Assembly (NCBI GenBank): GCA_012800735.1
Contig: JAAZIU010000039.1
Span: 7,469 to 71,468, forward strand
Reading direction: 5' to 3'
From: Clostridiales bacterium
GTDB lineage: Bacteria; Bacillota; Clostridia; Oscillospirales; CAG-272
Length of the DNA stretch: 64,000 nucleotides
The translations under genes were made by a program, and so were the position numbers. Below the pieces are notes generated by a model that made no database searches, was not told the origin of the DNA, and saw nothing but the letters and a program-made list of their open reading frames with translations. Of the stretch, positions 19,606-28,668 are shown piece by piece (position 1 is the stretch's first letter; each line of letters starts with the position of its first letter).

Positions 19606-21090
19606 ATGTTTATTAAAAAGACAATACCGTTGCTTTTGTCAGCTGCGCTAATAACGCTTCCGATTTTCACCGCCTGCGGAGATGCAAAATCTTCGGCTGA
19701 TGAAAATCAGGCTGACGAAAACGTTATTGCCGAAGTCGAGACCCAAGAGACATTACCCGCAGCCGAATCAATGATAAGGCAGCAGGTTTCCGGCAAAGAT
19801 TACGGCGGGTATGAATTCCGGGTAGTCGGAAATACCTCAAGCGACGGCATAACCGGGCTTGTTTATAACGAGGTGTATTACGAAGAAGAAAACGGCGAAC
19901 CGCTCCAGGACTCCGTTTACCGGCGAAATCAGCAAACCGAAGACCTGCTTAATTGCAAAATAAGACTGATTACACAGTCAGAACCGGAAAAATCGCTGCG
20001 AAACAGCGTTATCGCTGGCGATGACGAATACGATGCAATGCTTTCAAGCCTGATGAACCAAGGTTCGATAGCAAGGGAAGGATTGATCAAAAACTACTAC
20101 AATATCGCGACCATGGATCTATCAAATCCGTGGTGGGATAAAAACATCGTCTCGAATTTCACTATTTTAGGCAATAAACTGTATTTTCTTGCCGGAGACA
20201 TCAATTTCAGAGATGATTATGCGGTTGCGGTAATTTATTTCAACAAACAGCTTATTGAAAATTTCGGTTATGATAATCCATACGATCTTGTCGATTCGGG
20301 TAAATGGACACTCGACGCGATGCTGTATATGGTAAACGGCTTCACTCAGGACATTGACGGCGACGGAAAGCTGGATATCAAAACCGACAGATACGGTTTC
20401 GGCGATAACACCGATATTATCAAGCACCTCATTTTCTCCATGGGAAGCAAAATTACCGAAACGGATAAAGACGGAATCCCGAGAATTGCAGAAATGACAG
20501 AGTCTCATATCGGTAAAGTGGAAAAACTGTATAACGATATCTGCAACAACGATAATATCTTTGTAGGTGACAATGCTCCCATAGTTCACGCGATGCTCGA
20601 CAGCCGCTGCCTGTTTTATTATGAGATGCTGGGAGCGTATTCATTGTTCAGAACCATGGAGGATGATTTCGGCATTATTCCGCCTCCGAAATACGACGAA
20701 GCGCAGGAAAATTATCACGCCTATGTTTCAAACGGATGGACATCAACATATGTCGTGCCGATAACCAATCCCGATTTCAACCGAACCGGAGATATCCTCG
20801 AAACAATGTGCGCATTTTCAACGGATACCATAAGAGCTACGCTGTATGACGTGCTGTTTACCGTCAAATATGCCCGCGACACCCAAACGGCAAGAATGAT
20901 AGATTATGTTGTTGACTCCAAAGTCTATGATTGGTCGGGAGATTTCGGATGGCTGAACGACCTCACCGGCTGCTATACTTCGCTTACAAACTCAAAGTCA
21001 TTCGATTTTGTTTCAAGAATAGAAAAAGTCGAAAAGAAGGTAAATAAAACCATCGAAAAGATGGTCGAAGATTTTACTGCGGCGGACTGA
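19606..21090 (+). CDS. SBP-like lipoprotein, paralog 5 of 6
   Basis: Lipobox IFTAC. Motifs SNPWWD, SGKWTLDA, DIDGDGKLDIKTDRYG, MEDDFGIIPPPKYDEAQENY, VKYARDTQTARMIDYV. Confidence 0.7.
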   Translation: MFIKKTIPLLLSAALITLPIFTACGDAKSSADENQADENVIAEVETQETLPAAESMIRQQVSGKDYGGYEFRVVGNTSSDGITGLVYNEVYYEEENGEPLQDSVYRRNQQTEDLLNCKIRLITQSEPEKSLRNSVIAGDDEYDAMLSSLMNQGSIAREGLIKNYYNIATMDLSNPWWDKNIVSNFTILGNKLYFLAGDINFRDDYAVAVIYFNKQLIENFGYDNPYDLVDSGKWTLDAMLYMVNGFTQDIDGDGKLDIKTDRYGFGDNTDIIKHLIFSMGSKITETDKDGIPRIAEMTESHIGKVEKLYNDICNNDNIFVGDNAPIVHAMLDSRCLFYYEMLGAYSLFRTMEDDFGIIPPPKYDEAQENYHAYVSNGWTSTYVVPITNPDFNRTGDILETMCAFSTDTIRATLYDVLFTVKYARDTQTARMIDYVVDSKVYDWSGDFGWLNDLTGCYTSLTNSKSFDFVSRIEKVEKKVNKTIEKMVEDFTAAD

Positions 21091-21115
21091 TGAGTTTAGT
21101 TAAATAAATAAAAAT

Positions 21116-21140
21116 GAGAGTCGGCATAAAGCCGACTCTC
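21116..21140. terminator. bidirectional intrinsic terminator between convergent genes
   Basis: Perfect 10-bp stem GAGAGTCGGC / GCCGACTCTC with loop ATAAA. The flanks provide a 3' T-run for either transcription direction. Confidence 0.7.
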
Positions 21141-21159
21141 AAATTTTAATAAAATATAA

Positions 21160-22032
21160 TCAGTGCTTCTTAATCAGAACAGCTGTTGCGAATACCGCTG
21201 CAACCGCGAGTATTGCAATAGCGGCGGTGTCGCTGGTCTGAGCAGCGGGTAAAGCTGCGGCAGGGGGAGCGGCTGCAACCGGAGCTTCAGCTGCGGGAAC
21301 TTCTTCAGCTGCAGGTTCTTCAGCTGCTGCGGGCTCTTCTGCGGGAACTTCTTCAACTGCGATAACTGGAGCTGCGCCAAGGGTCAGGTTACCCCAGGCA
21401 GTGGTATCCTGCCAGGGAGCCGGGTCTCCGTTGGCGGTATCAACGTTCCAGCGGAAAGCCTGAGCGAAGTCGGCATTGGAATCACCTATGTTGTACATAA
21501 GCTCAAACCCGATAACATTTCCTTCTTTGTGAGCTTCTGTCCACGGTATAGCGCCTTCGATAACCCAGCCGGTATCGGTGTCTTTTCCGACAGCGGTTGA
21601 ATTTTCCTTGCAGTTGGTGCCGGATCCGGCAACCACGACTCCGTCTTTATAGAAGCGGGTCTGGCTGTCGTCGGCTTGATATTCGCCCATACGGCAGTTG
21701 AGTTCATCAAGATAAATTTCAACTATATCGTTGTCATAGTTGACGTCTGAATCGGTTACTTCGGCAAAGAAATAAAAATTCGTTTCGTCCCAGAGGAACT
21801 TCATGCGAAGCGCTGCTCCGGGATAGTCGGATGCGGCAGAGCCGTCATAAGGACGGTCAACGTCGGTCCATTCGGCATGATCCCAGATAGCTTCGGCTTC
21901 GCCGTCTATCGCAGGGGTGCCCTTCGGAGCCGTATAGGTGCGTCCGAAGTCAGCGTTTATGGCGAACGGAATCGAAAGCAGGGCTGCGCAAAGAGCGGCG
22001 CAGATAATAACGGAAAGTAGTTTGGTTTTCAT
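21160..22032 (-). CDS. CBM9-like carbohydrate-binding surface protein with P/A/E linker and C-terminal sorting-signal-like anchor
   Basis: ATG 22032 lies 6 nt after GGAGGC. Signal peptide present. PAIDGEAEAIWD and NFYFFAEVTD motifs. C-terminus AAQTSD, then a hydrophobic stretch, then KKH. Confidence 0.55.
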   Translation of the reverse strand: MKTKLLSVIICAALCAALLSIPFAINADFGRTYTAPKGTPAIDGEAEAIWDHAEWTDVDRPYDGSAASDYPGAALRMKFLWDETNFYFFAEVTDSDVNYDNDIVEIYLDELNCRMGEYQADDSQTRFYKDGVVVAGSGTNCKENSTAVGKDTDTGWVIEGAIPWTEAHKEGNVIGFELMYNIGDSNADFAQAFRWNVDTANGDPAPWQDTTAWGNLTLGAAPVIAVEEVPAEEPAAAEEPAAEEVPAAEAPVAAAPPAAALPAAQTSDTAAIAILAVAAVFATAVLIKKH

Positions 22033-22267
22033 TTGTTGCCTCCTGTTAAGTAATTCAGTCTGTTTCAAATTTAAACTGCATTCTTTGATTATACAATGTA
22101 AATCTCCACAAACCTTACATATATTTTACCATTAACAGAACAAATCTTCAAATGCAATGTATTAACGAATTGTCAAATAACCGTAACACAGGCTGTCGGC
22201 AGCTACTGAAACATTATGCAATTATAAAAAACAAAATGTTTATCTTGAATTGGATTTATCAACCCGA

Positions 22268-23095
22268 TTAACCTTCGCTTTCGAGCATAAACGAGCACAT
22301 TTGCCGCGCATAATGCAGCTTCATGAATTTTACCGGCATCGGAATCCGTCTTTCTCCCGGGATTTCAAGGTTGAAAAGATGGCTATAGCCGCATTCTTTA
22401 AGTGATGACATTACGTCTTTCCAATCAATGTTTCCTCGTCCGTACGGAAGCAGATGCATATCGGAGGTTGTGTCGTTGTCGGCAATATGCAGCGCCATGA
22501 GCCGCTCTCCCGCCTCCCTGATAAAATCCCCCTGTGTCTGATATCTCGGCGAATCGGGGGAAATCAGGTTAAGGTGTCCGGTATCAAGACAGATACCTAA
22601 ATGTTCGCCTCCCGCCGCATCGATCAGCTCATTTAATTCAGATGCGTTTACGGGAACTGTATCACCGCGTAGATTTTCAAGACAGATTGTAAGACAGCTG
22701 CCTTTTATATATTCGCAGAGCTGACGCAGCGTTTCGACTCTGCGTTCAAAGCGCCTTTCGGCAGTCATATCTGCTCCTCCGGCAGCGTGCAGCACACCCG
22801 ATTTTATCCCGACGGCGCAGAACAGATCCAGCCATGGCTTCAAAGTCTCAACAGAATCCTCGGCGCAGATGTCCGCTCTGAGCAGCAGATGTCCCTGCGG
22901 AAAATAAAACTCGCGTTCTTCGGCAAAGCGCTTAAGTTTTGCTCCCTCTTTTTCGGGGTCTCCGCGGTCAAGCAGCATTTTTCCGTGTTCGTCTGACAGC
23001 TCGGAACGGCAAAATCCGCAACTCAGAAATGCGTTGATCGCCTCCTCGGGCGAAAGCTCGATAAAATAACTCGACCAGACAGATGTTTCAAGCAT
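22268..23095 (-). CDS. sugar phosphate isomerase/epimerase (xylose isomerase-like TIM barrel)
   Basis: 275 aa. Motifs LENL, GICLDTGHLNL, HIADND. Confidence 0.75.
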   Translation of the reverse strand: MLETSVWSSYFIELSPEEAINAFLSCGFCRSELSDEHGKMLLDRGDPEKEGAKLKRFAEEREFYFPQGHLLLRADICAEDSVETLKPWLDLFCAVGIKSGVLHAAGGADMTAERRFERRVETLRQLCEYIKGSCLTICLENLRGDTVPVNASELNELIDAAGGEHLGICLDTGHLNLISPDSPRYQTQGDFIREAGERLMALHIADNDTTSDMHLLPYGRGNIDWKDVMSSLKECGYSHLFNLEIPGERRIPMPVKFMKLHYARQMCSFMLESEG

Positions 23096-23411
23096 GATTA
23101 GTTCTCCTCTTGATTTTGTATTTCTTATGTTTTATAATGAATCATTTCATTTAATTATACCACAAAGAAACGCATGATAATCACCGTATTTTGTAACATA
23201 GCGGTTAAAAACCTAAAATTGTTTTCACAAAATGCAAGAACTCCGGTGGAATATGATATATAATTTATAAAATAGTTAATCTGTGAATTAAATCAGGCTG
23301 CCGGACAACCGCTGACCGGATAACTCGCTATAAAAATTCATTATTTTATGTTATAATATATATTACACCATCTTTGAAAAACAGCATTTCCCGATTCCAT
23401 CGGAGGATTTT

Positions 23412-23963
23412 ATGAAAAAACTAAATATTTGTATGTACGGCGGAGCCAGCAAGAATGTGGCTCAGAATTATTATGACGCAGTTACCGAACTTGGCCGCGA
23501 AATAGCCGATCGCGGTCATAAGCTGATATACGGCGGCGGAGCAAGCGGTATGATGGGAGCAGTTGCCAAGGCGGTTGTCGATAACGGCGGATTGGTTACC
23601 GGTGTCGTTCCGAACTTTCTTCGAACGCTTGAGCCGGTTTATGAGAACTGCACTATTTTGATTAAGACCGAGACTATGTCCGATCGCAAACAGATTATGG
23701 AAGAAAACGCAGACGCTTTTGTAATAGCGCCGGGCGGCATCGGAACTTTCGATGAATTTTTTCAGATTCTGACTCTTAAGGATCTCGGCAGAACCGACAA
23801 ACCTATTGTCCTTTTCAATGTTGACGGCTACTATGACAGCATGACTAATGTTATTGTTGAGTGCACCGAAAAGGGATTTATCCGTCCGCATGTGGTTGAG
23901 CTATACGATGTCTGTCCGACCGCCGTTTCGGTGCTCGATACCATTGAGCGCCATCATAACTGA
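23412..23963 (+). CDS. LOG family protein (TIGR00730 Rossmann fold nucleotide-binding protein)
   Basis: YGGGASGMMGAVA and PGGIGTFDEFFQ motifs. Confidence 0.8.
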   Translation: MKKLNICMYGGASKNVAQNYYDAVTELGREIADRGHKLIYGGGASGMMGAVAKAVVDNGGLVTGVVPNFLRTLEPVYENCTILIKTETMSDRKQIMEENADAFVIAPGGIGTFDEFFQILTLKDLGRTDKPIVLFNVDGYYDSMTNVIVECTEKGFIRPHVVELYDVCPTAVSVLDTIERHHN

Positions 23964-24153
23964 ACAAATTACCCCTCGGCAGAAAGACAAGAGTCATTTT
24001 CCGAGGGGCGTGTTTATATATTGCCCGTAATTATTCTGTTTTTTCATTAGTTTTAATTTGTTATCAGAATCAACAAGTTTCTTTTTCTTCAATGTTTTTG
24101 TTGCGTATTATAAGACGCCCCCATGGGTTGCGATATTTTATGAGGTGAGATTG

Positions 24154-25074
24154 ATGCAGCTGATGTTTTCGGCGGAGTTCATTCCTTTGCTGCGCGATAT
24201 AAGTATACAAAACGACGGTATGCCGTTGTCGGTATTTGAGCCGCCGCAGCGATATTCAAGATACAGTCCGGCGATTAATTTTTACAACAGCGTAGCCTGG
24301 CCTTCTCCTGATACAAAAGAAGGATTGACTTTCTGCGCGATGATACAAAAAAGCAAGGTCATAGATTCTATGTGCCTCGAATGCGACAAAAACATGACCG
24401 ATGATTGTGTCAAGACAGGTAAAAAGCGTATTTATCGCTGCCACAGAGGTTTTAACGAGGCGATTATTCCGATAAAGATTAATCAGGCTTTATGCGCCTG
24501 CATATTCTTGGGTCAGGTATCCACAGAACCCAAGTCAGAGGAACATTTCAGAGTGATTTATGAAGGGCTTGCCAAGGTCGATAAGGATTTTTTCACAGAA
24601 GATAAATATGCCGAATACTATAACTATTATAATAAGCGTTTATGTTCGATAAGCGAACGGAGATTTTTGGCGGCTTGTTCGATGCTTGAGCAGTTGGGAG
24701 AAAACTTCGTCCGCCTCGGTTGGATTCGCGATGTTAAGGTAGGACACCGCGAATTGCTCGAACAATATCTGAGTCAGCATTTATACGACCGCATTAACGC
24801 AGAAGATGTCTGCGACAGCCTGAATATAAGCAGGGCTACATTATACCGTTTGGTAAAAAAAGAGTTCGGCGTCGGATTTAACACTTATGTCAACCGCCAT
24901 AAAATAAGCGTGGCAAAGGATCTGTTGAAGAGAGGGTATAATGTAAAACAAACAGCTCTTATGTTAGGGTATGAAGATGTCGGTTATTTTTCGCGGCTTT
25001 TCTCTGAACTTCATAATGTTTCTCCTTCAGAAATTCTTCGGCTACAGGAAAAGACGGATTTACAGAATAAATAA
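24154..25074 (+). CDS. AraC-family transcriptional regulator with PocR-like sensor domain
   Basis: ATG 24154 follows GAGGTGAGA. Cys/His-rich N-domain (CLECD..CHRGFNEAIIPI). C-terminal AraC HTH (TALMLGYEDVGYFSRLF). Confidence 0.7.
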   Translation: MQLMFSAEFIPLLRDISIQNDGMPLSVFEPPQRYSRYSPAINFYNSVAWPSPDTKEGLTFCAMIQKSKVIDSMCLECDKNMTDDCVKTGKKRIYRCHRGFNEAIIPIKINQALCACIFLGQVSTEPKSEEHFRVIYEGLAKVDKDFFTEDKYAEYYNYYNKRLCSISERRFLAACSMLEQLGENFVRLGWIRDVKVGHRELLEQYLSQHLYDRINAEDVCDSLNISRATLYRLVKKEFGVGFNTYVNRHKISVAKDLLKRGYNVKQTALMLGYEDVGYFSRLFSELHNVSPSEILRLQEKTDLQNK

Positions 25075-25078
25075 AAAA

Positions 25079-25106
25079 CCGGGAAAACCATTTTGGTTTT
25101 CCCGGA
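25079..25106. terminator. bidirectional intrinsic terminator
   Basis: CCGGGAAAACCA-TTTT-TGGTTTTCCCGG hairpin between convergent genes. Confidence 0.7.
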
Positions 25107-25139
25107 ATCTTCTTTTACGGAGTGGTTTTAAGCGTTTAA

Positions 25140-26036
25140 TTATCTGCGCTTTTTGATAATCGCAACAGCCGAACCTATAAGGCCGACGAGTGCGAGTACC
25201 GCGATATCTCCGGTCTGAGGAGCGGGAGCAGCTGCGGCGGGAGCAGCAACAACTTCAGCGGCGGGCGCTTCAGCAGCGGGAGCTTCTTCAGCAACTGGCT
25301 CGGCAACTACTTCTTCAATCAGGGGATTGAAAATGAGGGTTCCGAAGTTGTAGGCATATCTCCAGGATTCGTTGCCCATAGCGCCGTCTCTCTGCTTCCA
25401 TACAAACTGGCTGGCGCGGGAGCCGTCGCCGTCGCCGTTGTTAAGGCAGATTTCATAGCCGATCATGTCGCCGGGCTGATAATCCTTGTAGAGAAGCGGG
25501 ATAGCGATCTCAACGTTCCAGCCTTTATCGGTAAGAACGCAGTAGGACTTAACGCCGTTGGCATATTCCGGGATACCGAATATAGACGGTCCTTCCGGAT
25601 AGTTCGCATCGCCTTCTACCGGGGGTACGTTTACGTATCCGGCATAGCTTTCTTCCGCAGGAAGGTCGCGATAGCTGACTTCGGGCTGATCACGGACATA
25701 AGCGTAATCGATCATGAAGCCGAGAGCGTCCTGGTTCCAGGCGTCGTCTTTAAGTTCAGCGTCAATAATCGGGTCGGTAACTTCTGCGAAGAAATAAACG
25801 AACTCTCCATCCCAGAGCGACCATACGATGGCGCTTGAGTAGTTGGCTTCGTCTCCTTCGATTGCGACGTCAGAAATCTCAATGGACTGTGCTTTGTCCC
25901 AAACGTCTTCCCTAACGGCGTCAATAGTAGGGGTTCCCCATTCTGCGTAGGTCACCATGTCGTGAGCAAAGCAGGGAAGGGCTGCCGCAAGAATCAGCGC
26001 CAGCGCGAGGGAAAGGGTCAGAATAATTTTTTTCAT
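25140..26036 (-). CDS. CBM9-like carbohydrate-binding surface protein, paralog, with PQTG-type sorting-signal-like C-terminus
   Basis: ATG 26036 lies 5 nt after GGAGG. FVYFFAEVTD motif. C-terminus APQTGD-IAVLALVGLIGSAVAII-KKRR. Confidence 0.55.
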   Translation of the reverse strand: MKKIILTLSLALALILAAALPCFAHDMVTYAEWGTPTIDAVREDVWDKAQSIEISDVAIEGDEANYSSAIVWSLWDGEFVYFFAEVTDPIIDAELKDDAWNQDALGFMIDYAYVRDQPEVSYRDLPAEESYAGYVNVPPVEGDANYPEGPSIFGIPEYANGVKSYCVLTDKGWNVEIAIPLLYKDYQPGDMIGYEICLNNGDGDGSRASQFVWKQRDGAMGNESWRYAYNFGTLIFNPLIEEVVAEPVAEEAPAAEAPAAEVVAAPAAAAPAPQTGDIAVLALVGLIGSAVAIIKKRR

Positions 26037-26391
26037 AAATTCCTCCATAGAATTAATTGAAATAATAGGTATTTTTCACTACAATTGTAATTATAATATA
26101 ATTTCGGTGGAAAATAAAGGGATTATAGTGTCAATATCAAGGAATATAGTATCAAATATGTAAAATCCGTAACAAATTCCTTGTAAAATGCCTTTTTAAA
26201 AGTTTTAAGTAAATGTTCTCTGTAAAATTAGTTTCAGAGACGGCTTTTAATATACACAATATATGGTAAATTCGCAGAATAACAGATATTGCCGATAAGG
26301 CAGCTTATCTTCTTTTCAAAGTAATGCGATATCAGACGGCAAATAAAATCAGTCAAGCTATGATTTGCGCGGTTTTGTTACAAACAGGAGA

Positions 26392-26832
26392 TCAGCCTCT
26401 TATATTGTAATCGTTTGAAAGCATATTCATCGCAGTGAAAAGCTTGTTATAGTAGATAAACGGTCCGACAATGATAAGGGAACCGAGTACTCCCCAGAGC
26501 CAGTAGGTGCTCGCATTGAAATCATAGTTGAATCCTCTGCGGGTAAGTTCTGCTCCGATGCGGTCGGAAATATTGTGGCACCATACGATAGCGCCGATTC
26601 CGAGCGTAATGGGGGCGATTACAAAGGCAAGAAGACAGAAGTGCATTGTCTTCTTCTGGTCATAAGGCGAAGCAATCGTGTTAATCGAGGTCGAGACCTC
26701 AGTCATTACGACAAGCCCGTAAATTCCGAAGGTGATTAAAGAAAGAAGGATGAATTTTGCAAGCGAACGGTCGGTTTTGAGCGCAACGCGGGCTTGCTGA
26801 GGCGGATAAGCATAGTTGGGATTGTTGTTCAT
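26392..26832 (-). CDS. DUF4234-like small membrane protein
   Basis: 146 aa with 3-4 TM segments. LLSLITFGIYGLV motif. Confidence 0.55.
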   Translation of the reverse strand: MNNNPNYAYPPQQARVALKTDRSLAKFILLSLITFGIYGLVVMTEVSTSINTIASPYDQKKTMHFCLLAFVIAPITLGIGAIVWCHNISDRIGAELTRRGFNYDFNASTYWLWGVLGSLIIVGPFIYYNKLFTAMNMLSNDYNIRG

Positions 26833-27335
26833 AATATACCCCTTTCGAGTAAATGTTTTTTAATAGATGCGGAGTTTTTGCATATATTGTGTAATACTCA
26901 AATTTTAGCGGAAAGCCGCCGTTTTTATATCGGCGCGAAATCCGGTTTTGTATTAGGCTTGACAAATTCAATTCTGTTATCGGTTGTCAAGCTCCAGTAT
27001 TTTGTCCGCCGCTTCGATAAGCTCGGCGTCAGCTTTTGACTTATACGCTTAAATGAAAGAGTCATAGCTCTTTATCGTTTGCTCTACATAGGCGGGAGTA
27101 ACAAGCTCTTTCGCGTAGTAAGCAAGGGATTCGGCGGCAGCATATGTTCTTTCGGGGTTCTTTGCTGATACCGTTTTCATTATAACACAAAAGAATGATG
27201 TTGTCAAGAAAAAAACAAGTAAAATACACATTTCGTATACATTAGTTAAGTTTAGTATAATTATTCTGAGTCGGGATTAATCGGAGCCGATAACAGGTGT
27301 GAAGTTTTTTGAAATTACCGGAAATCAATATTATC

Positions 27336-28523
27336 TTAACCAAAATCCAACCGGAAAATCATAGGCATTCCGTCCGTGTTCGGCTCAAGATTTCTCAGCC
27401 GCAGGGAAGGCGGTTTCATCTCGCCGAAACGCCCGGTAAAGTCGCCCGGATAAGGTTCAAGGCAGAAATCAACGGCTTTGCCGGTGTTTAAAAGCGTTAC
27501 CGATTCGGGAAGGCTGCAAAACGGCGAGAGATTCAGTCCTGAGCTTATAAGCGGTGTGTTTACATGAATATAATATCTGCCGTCCCCTCCGTTGGTAAAG
27601 AAAAGCGGGGAAGAAAGCTCCTTTATCGCAGCGTTTTCATGGAATGCTTCTTTTACTTTCTTATACCACTCTCCGCAGGTAAGAAAAATATCCGCGGCTT
27701 CCTTCGGTATAACGCCGTCGGCATCGGGACCGACATTCAGAAGATAACTGCCGCCCATCAGCATAATTTTATCCATCGAACGCGCAATAAACGAGGGAGT
27801 ATAATAATCCTCATTCTGCCGGTATCCCCAGCTGTTCGCGCCGACCGATTGACAGGCTTCGGTATATCCGGGAAATTCGTCGCTTTCGGGAACGGTGCGT
27901 TCCGGCGTTGAAAAATCCCCCTTCGACCAGCCGCGGTCGTTTATCAGCAAATCCGGCTGCAGCTGCCGGAGATATTCGTTCATTGAAGGATCATATACCC
28001 GCGGAGGAATATCCCAGAACCAGGTGTAAATATCGCCGTATCCGGTCAGCAATTCTTTCGCTTGCGCTCTTACGAATTCTCGATATTTCACATCATCCGG
28101 CTCATCGCCGGCTTCCGGCGGGCACTGATGACTGGATTTTTCGTTGTAGGCGTTGGGATGGTTCCAGTCGGGAATAGAATAATATATTGAGAGGGCTATA
28201 TCATGCTTCAAACAAGCGTCGGCAAGTTCATATAAAATATCTCTTCCGGCTGCGCCATATATATTGAAATCCGTCTGATCTGTATTCCACATACAGTACC
28301 CGTCGTGATGCTTCGATGTAAAACAAATGTATTCGGCACCCGCGTCTGCCGCAAGCCTCACCCAATTTTCGGGGCGGCATCCGAACGGTTTGAAGCGTTC
28401 GGTAATACGGCGATATTCGCTGCGGCTTACCCCGCGCCTCATTCGGTATTGCTCCTGCCACCCGGTAACTGAGTAAGGTCCCCAGTGAATGAACATTCCG
28501 AATTTCTTAGGCATGCTTTTCAT
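27336..28523 (-). CDS. alpha-L-fucosidase (GH29)
   Basis: FGMFIHWGPYSV and GAEYICFTSKHHDGYCMWNT motifs. No signal peptide. Confidence 0.8.
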   Translation of the reverse strand: MKSMPKKFGMFIHWGPYSVTGWQEQYRMRRGVSRSEYRRITERFKPFGCRPENWVRLAADAGAEYICFTSKHHDGYCMWNTDQTDFNIYGAAGRDILYELADACLKHDIALSIYYSIPDWNHPNAYNEKSSHQCPPEAGDEPDDVKYREFVRAQAKELLTGYGDIYTWFWDIPPRVYDPSMNEYLRQLQPDLLINDRGWSKGDFSTPERTVPESDEFPGYTEACQSVGANSWGYRQNEDYYTPSFIARSMDKIMLMGGSYLLNVGPDADGVIPKEAADIFLTCGEWYKKVKEAFHENAAIKELSSPLFFTNGGDGRYYIHVNTPLISSGLNLSPFCSLPESVTLLNTGKAVDFCLEPYPGDFTGRFGEMKPPSLRLRNLEPNTDGMPMIFRLDFG

Positions 28524-28668
28524 AATAACGCGCCTCCGTTTATCATTTTATCACAATATATCATAAAACATCCCCATCTGTCAACGGTAAAATGTAAATC
28601 AAACGGCTTGACATACAGAACCCCGGATGCTATAATATCACCATAAAATTTATAAGGAGGCAATATTA

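Noticed and set aside
21230-21370. Repetitive GCTGC/CTTC-rich DNA that looks like a tandem repeat array
   Set aside because: It lies in frame within the CBM9-like gene and encodes the P/A/E-rich linker. There is no spacer-repeat periodicity, so it is not a CRISPR array or a satellite. The paralog has the same feature at about 25200-25330.
26977-27231. Small minus-strand ORF (60 aa) that continues plausibly past its TAA stop (…KSYDSFI*AYKSKADAELIEAADKILELDNR*) next to an 8-bp inverted repeat CTTGACAA/TTGTCAAG (26958-26991)
   Set aside because: No family was recognised and no convincing RBS is present. It may be a decayed gene remnant, but the evidence is too thin to annotate.
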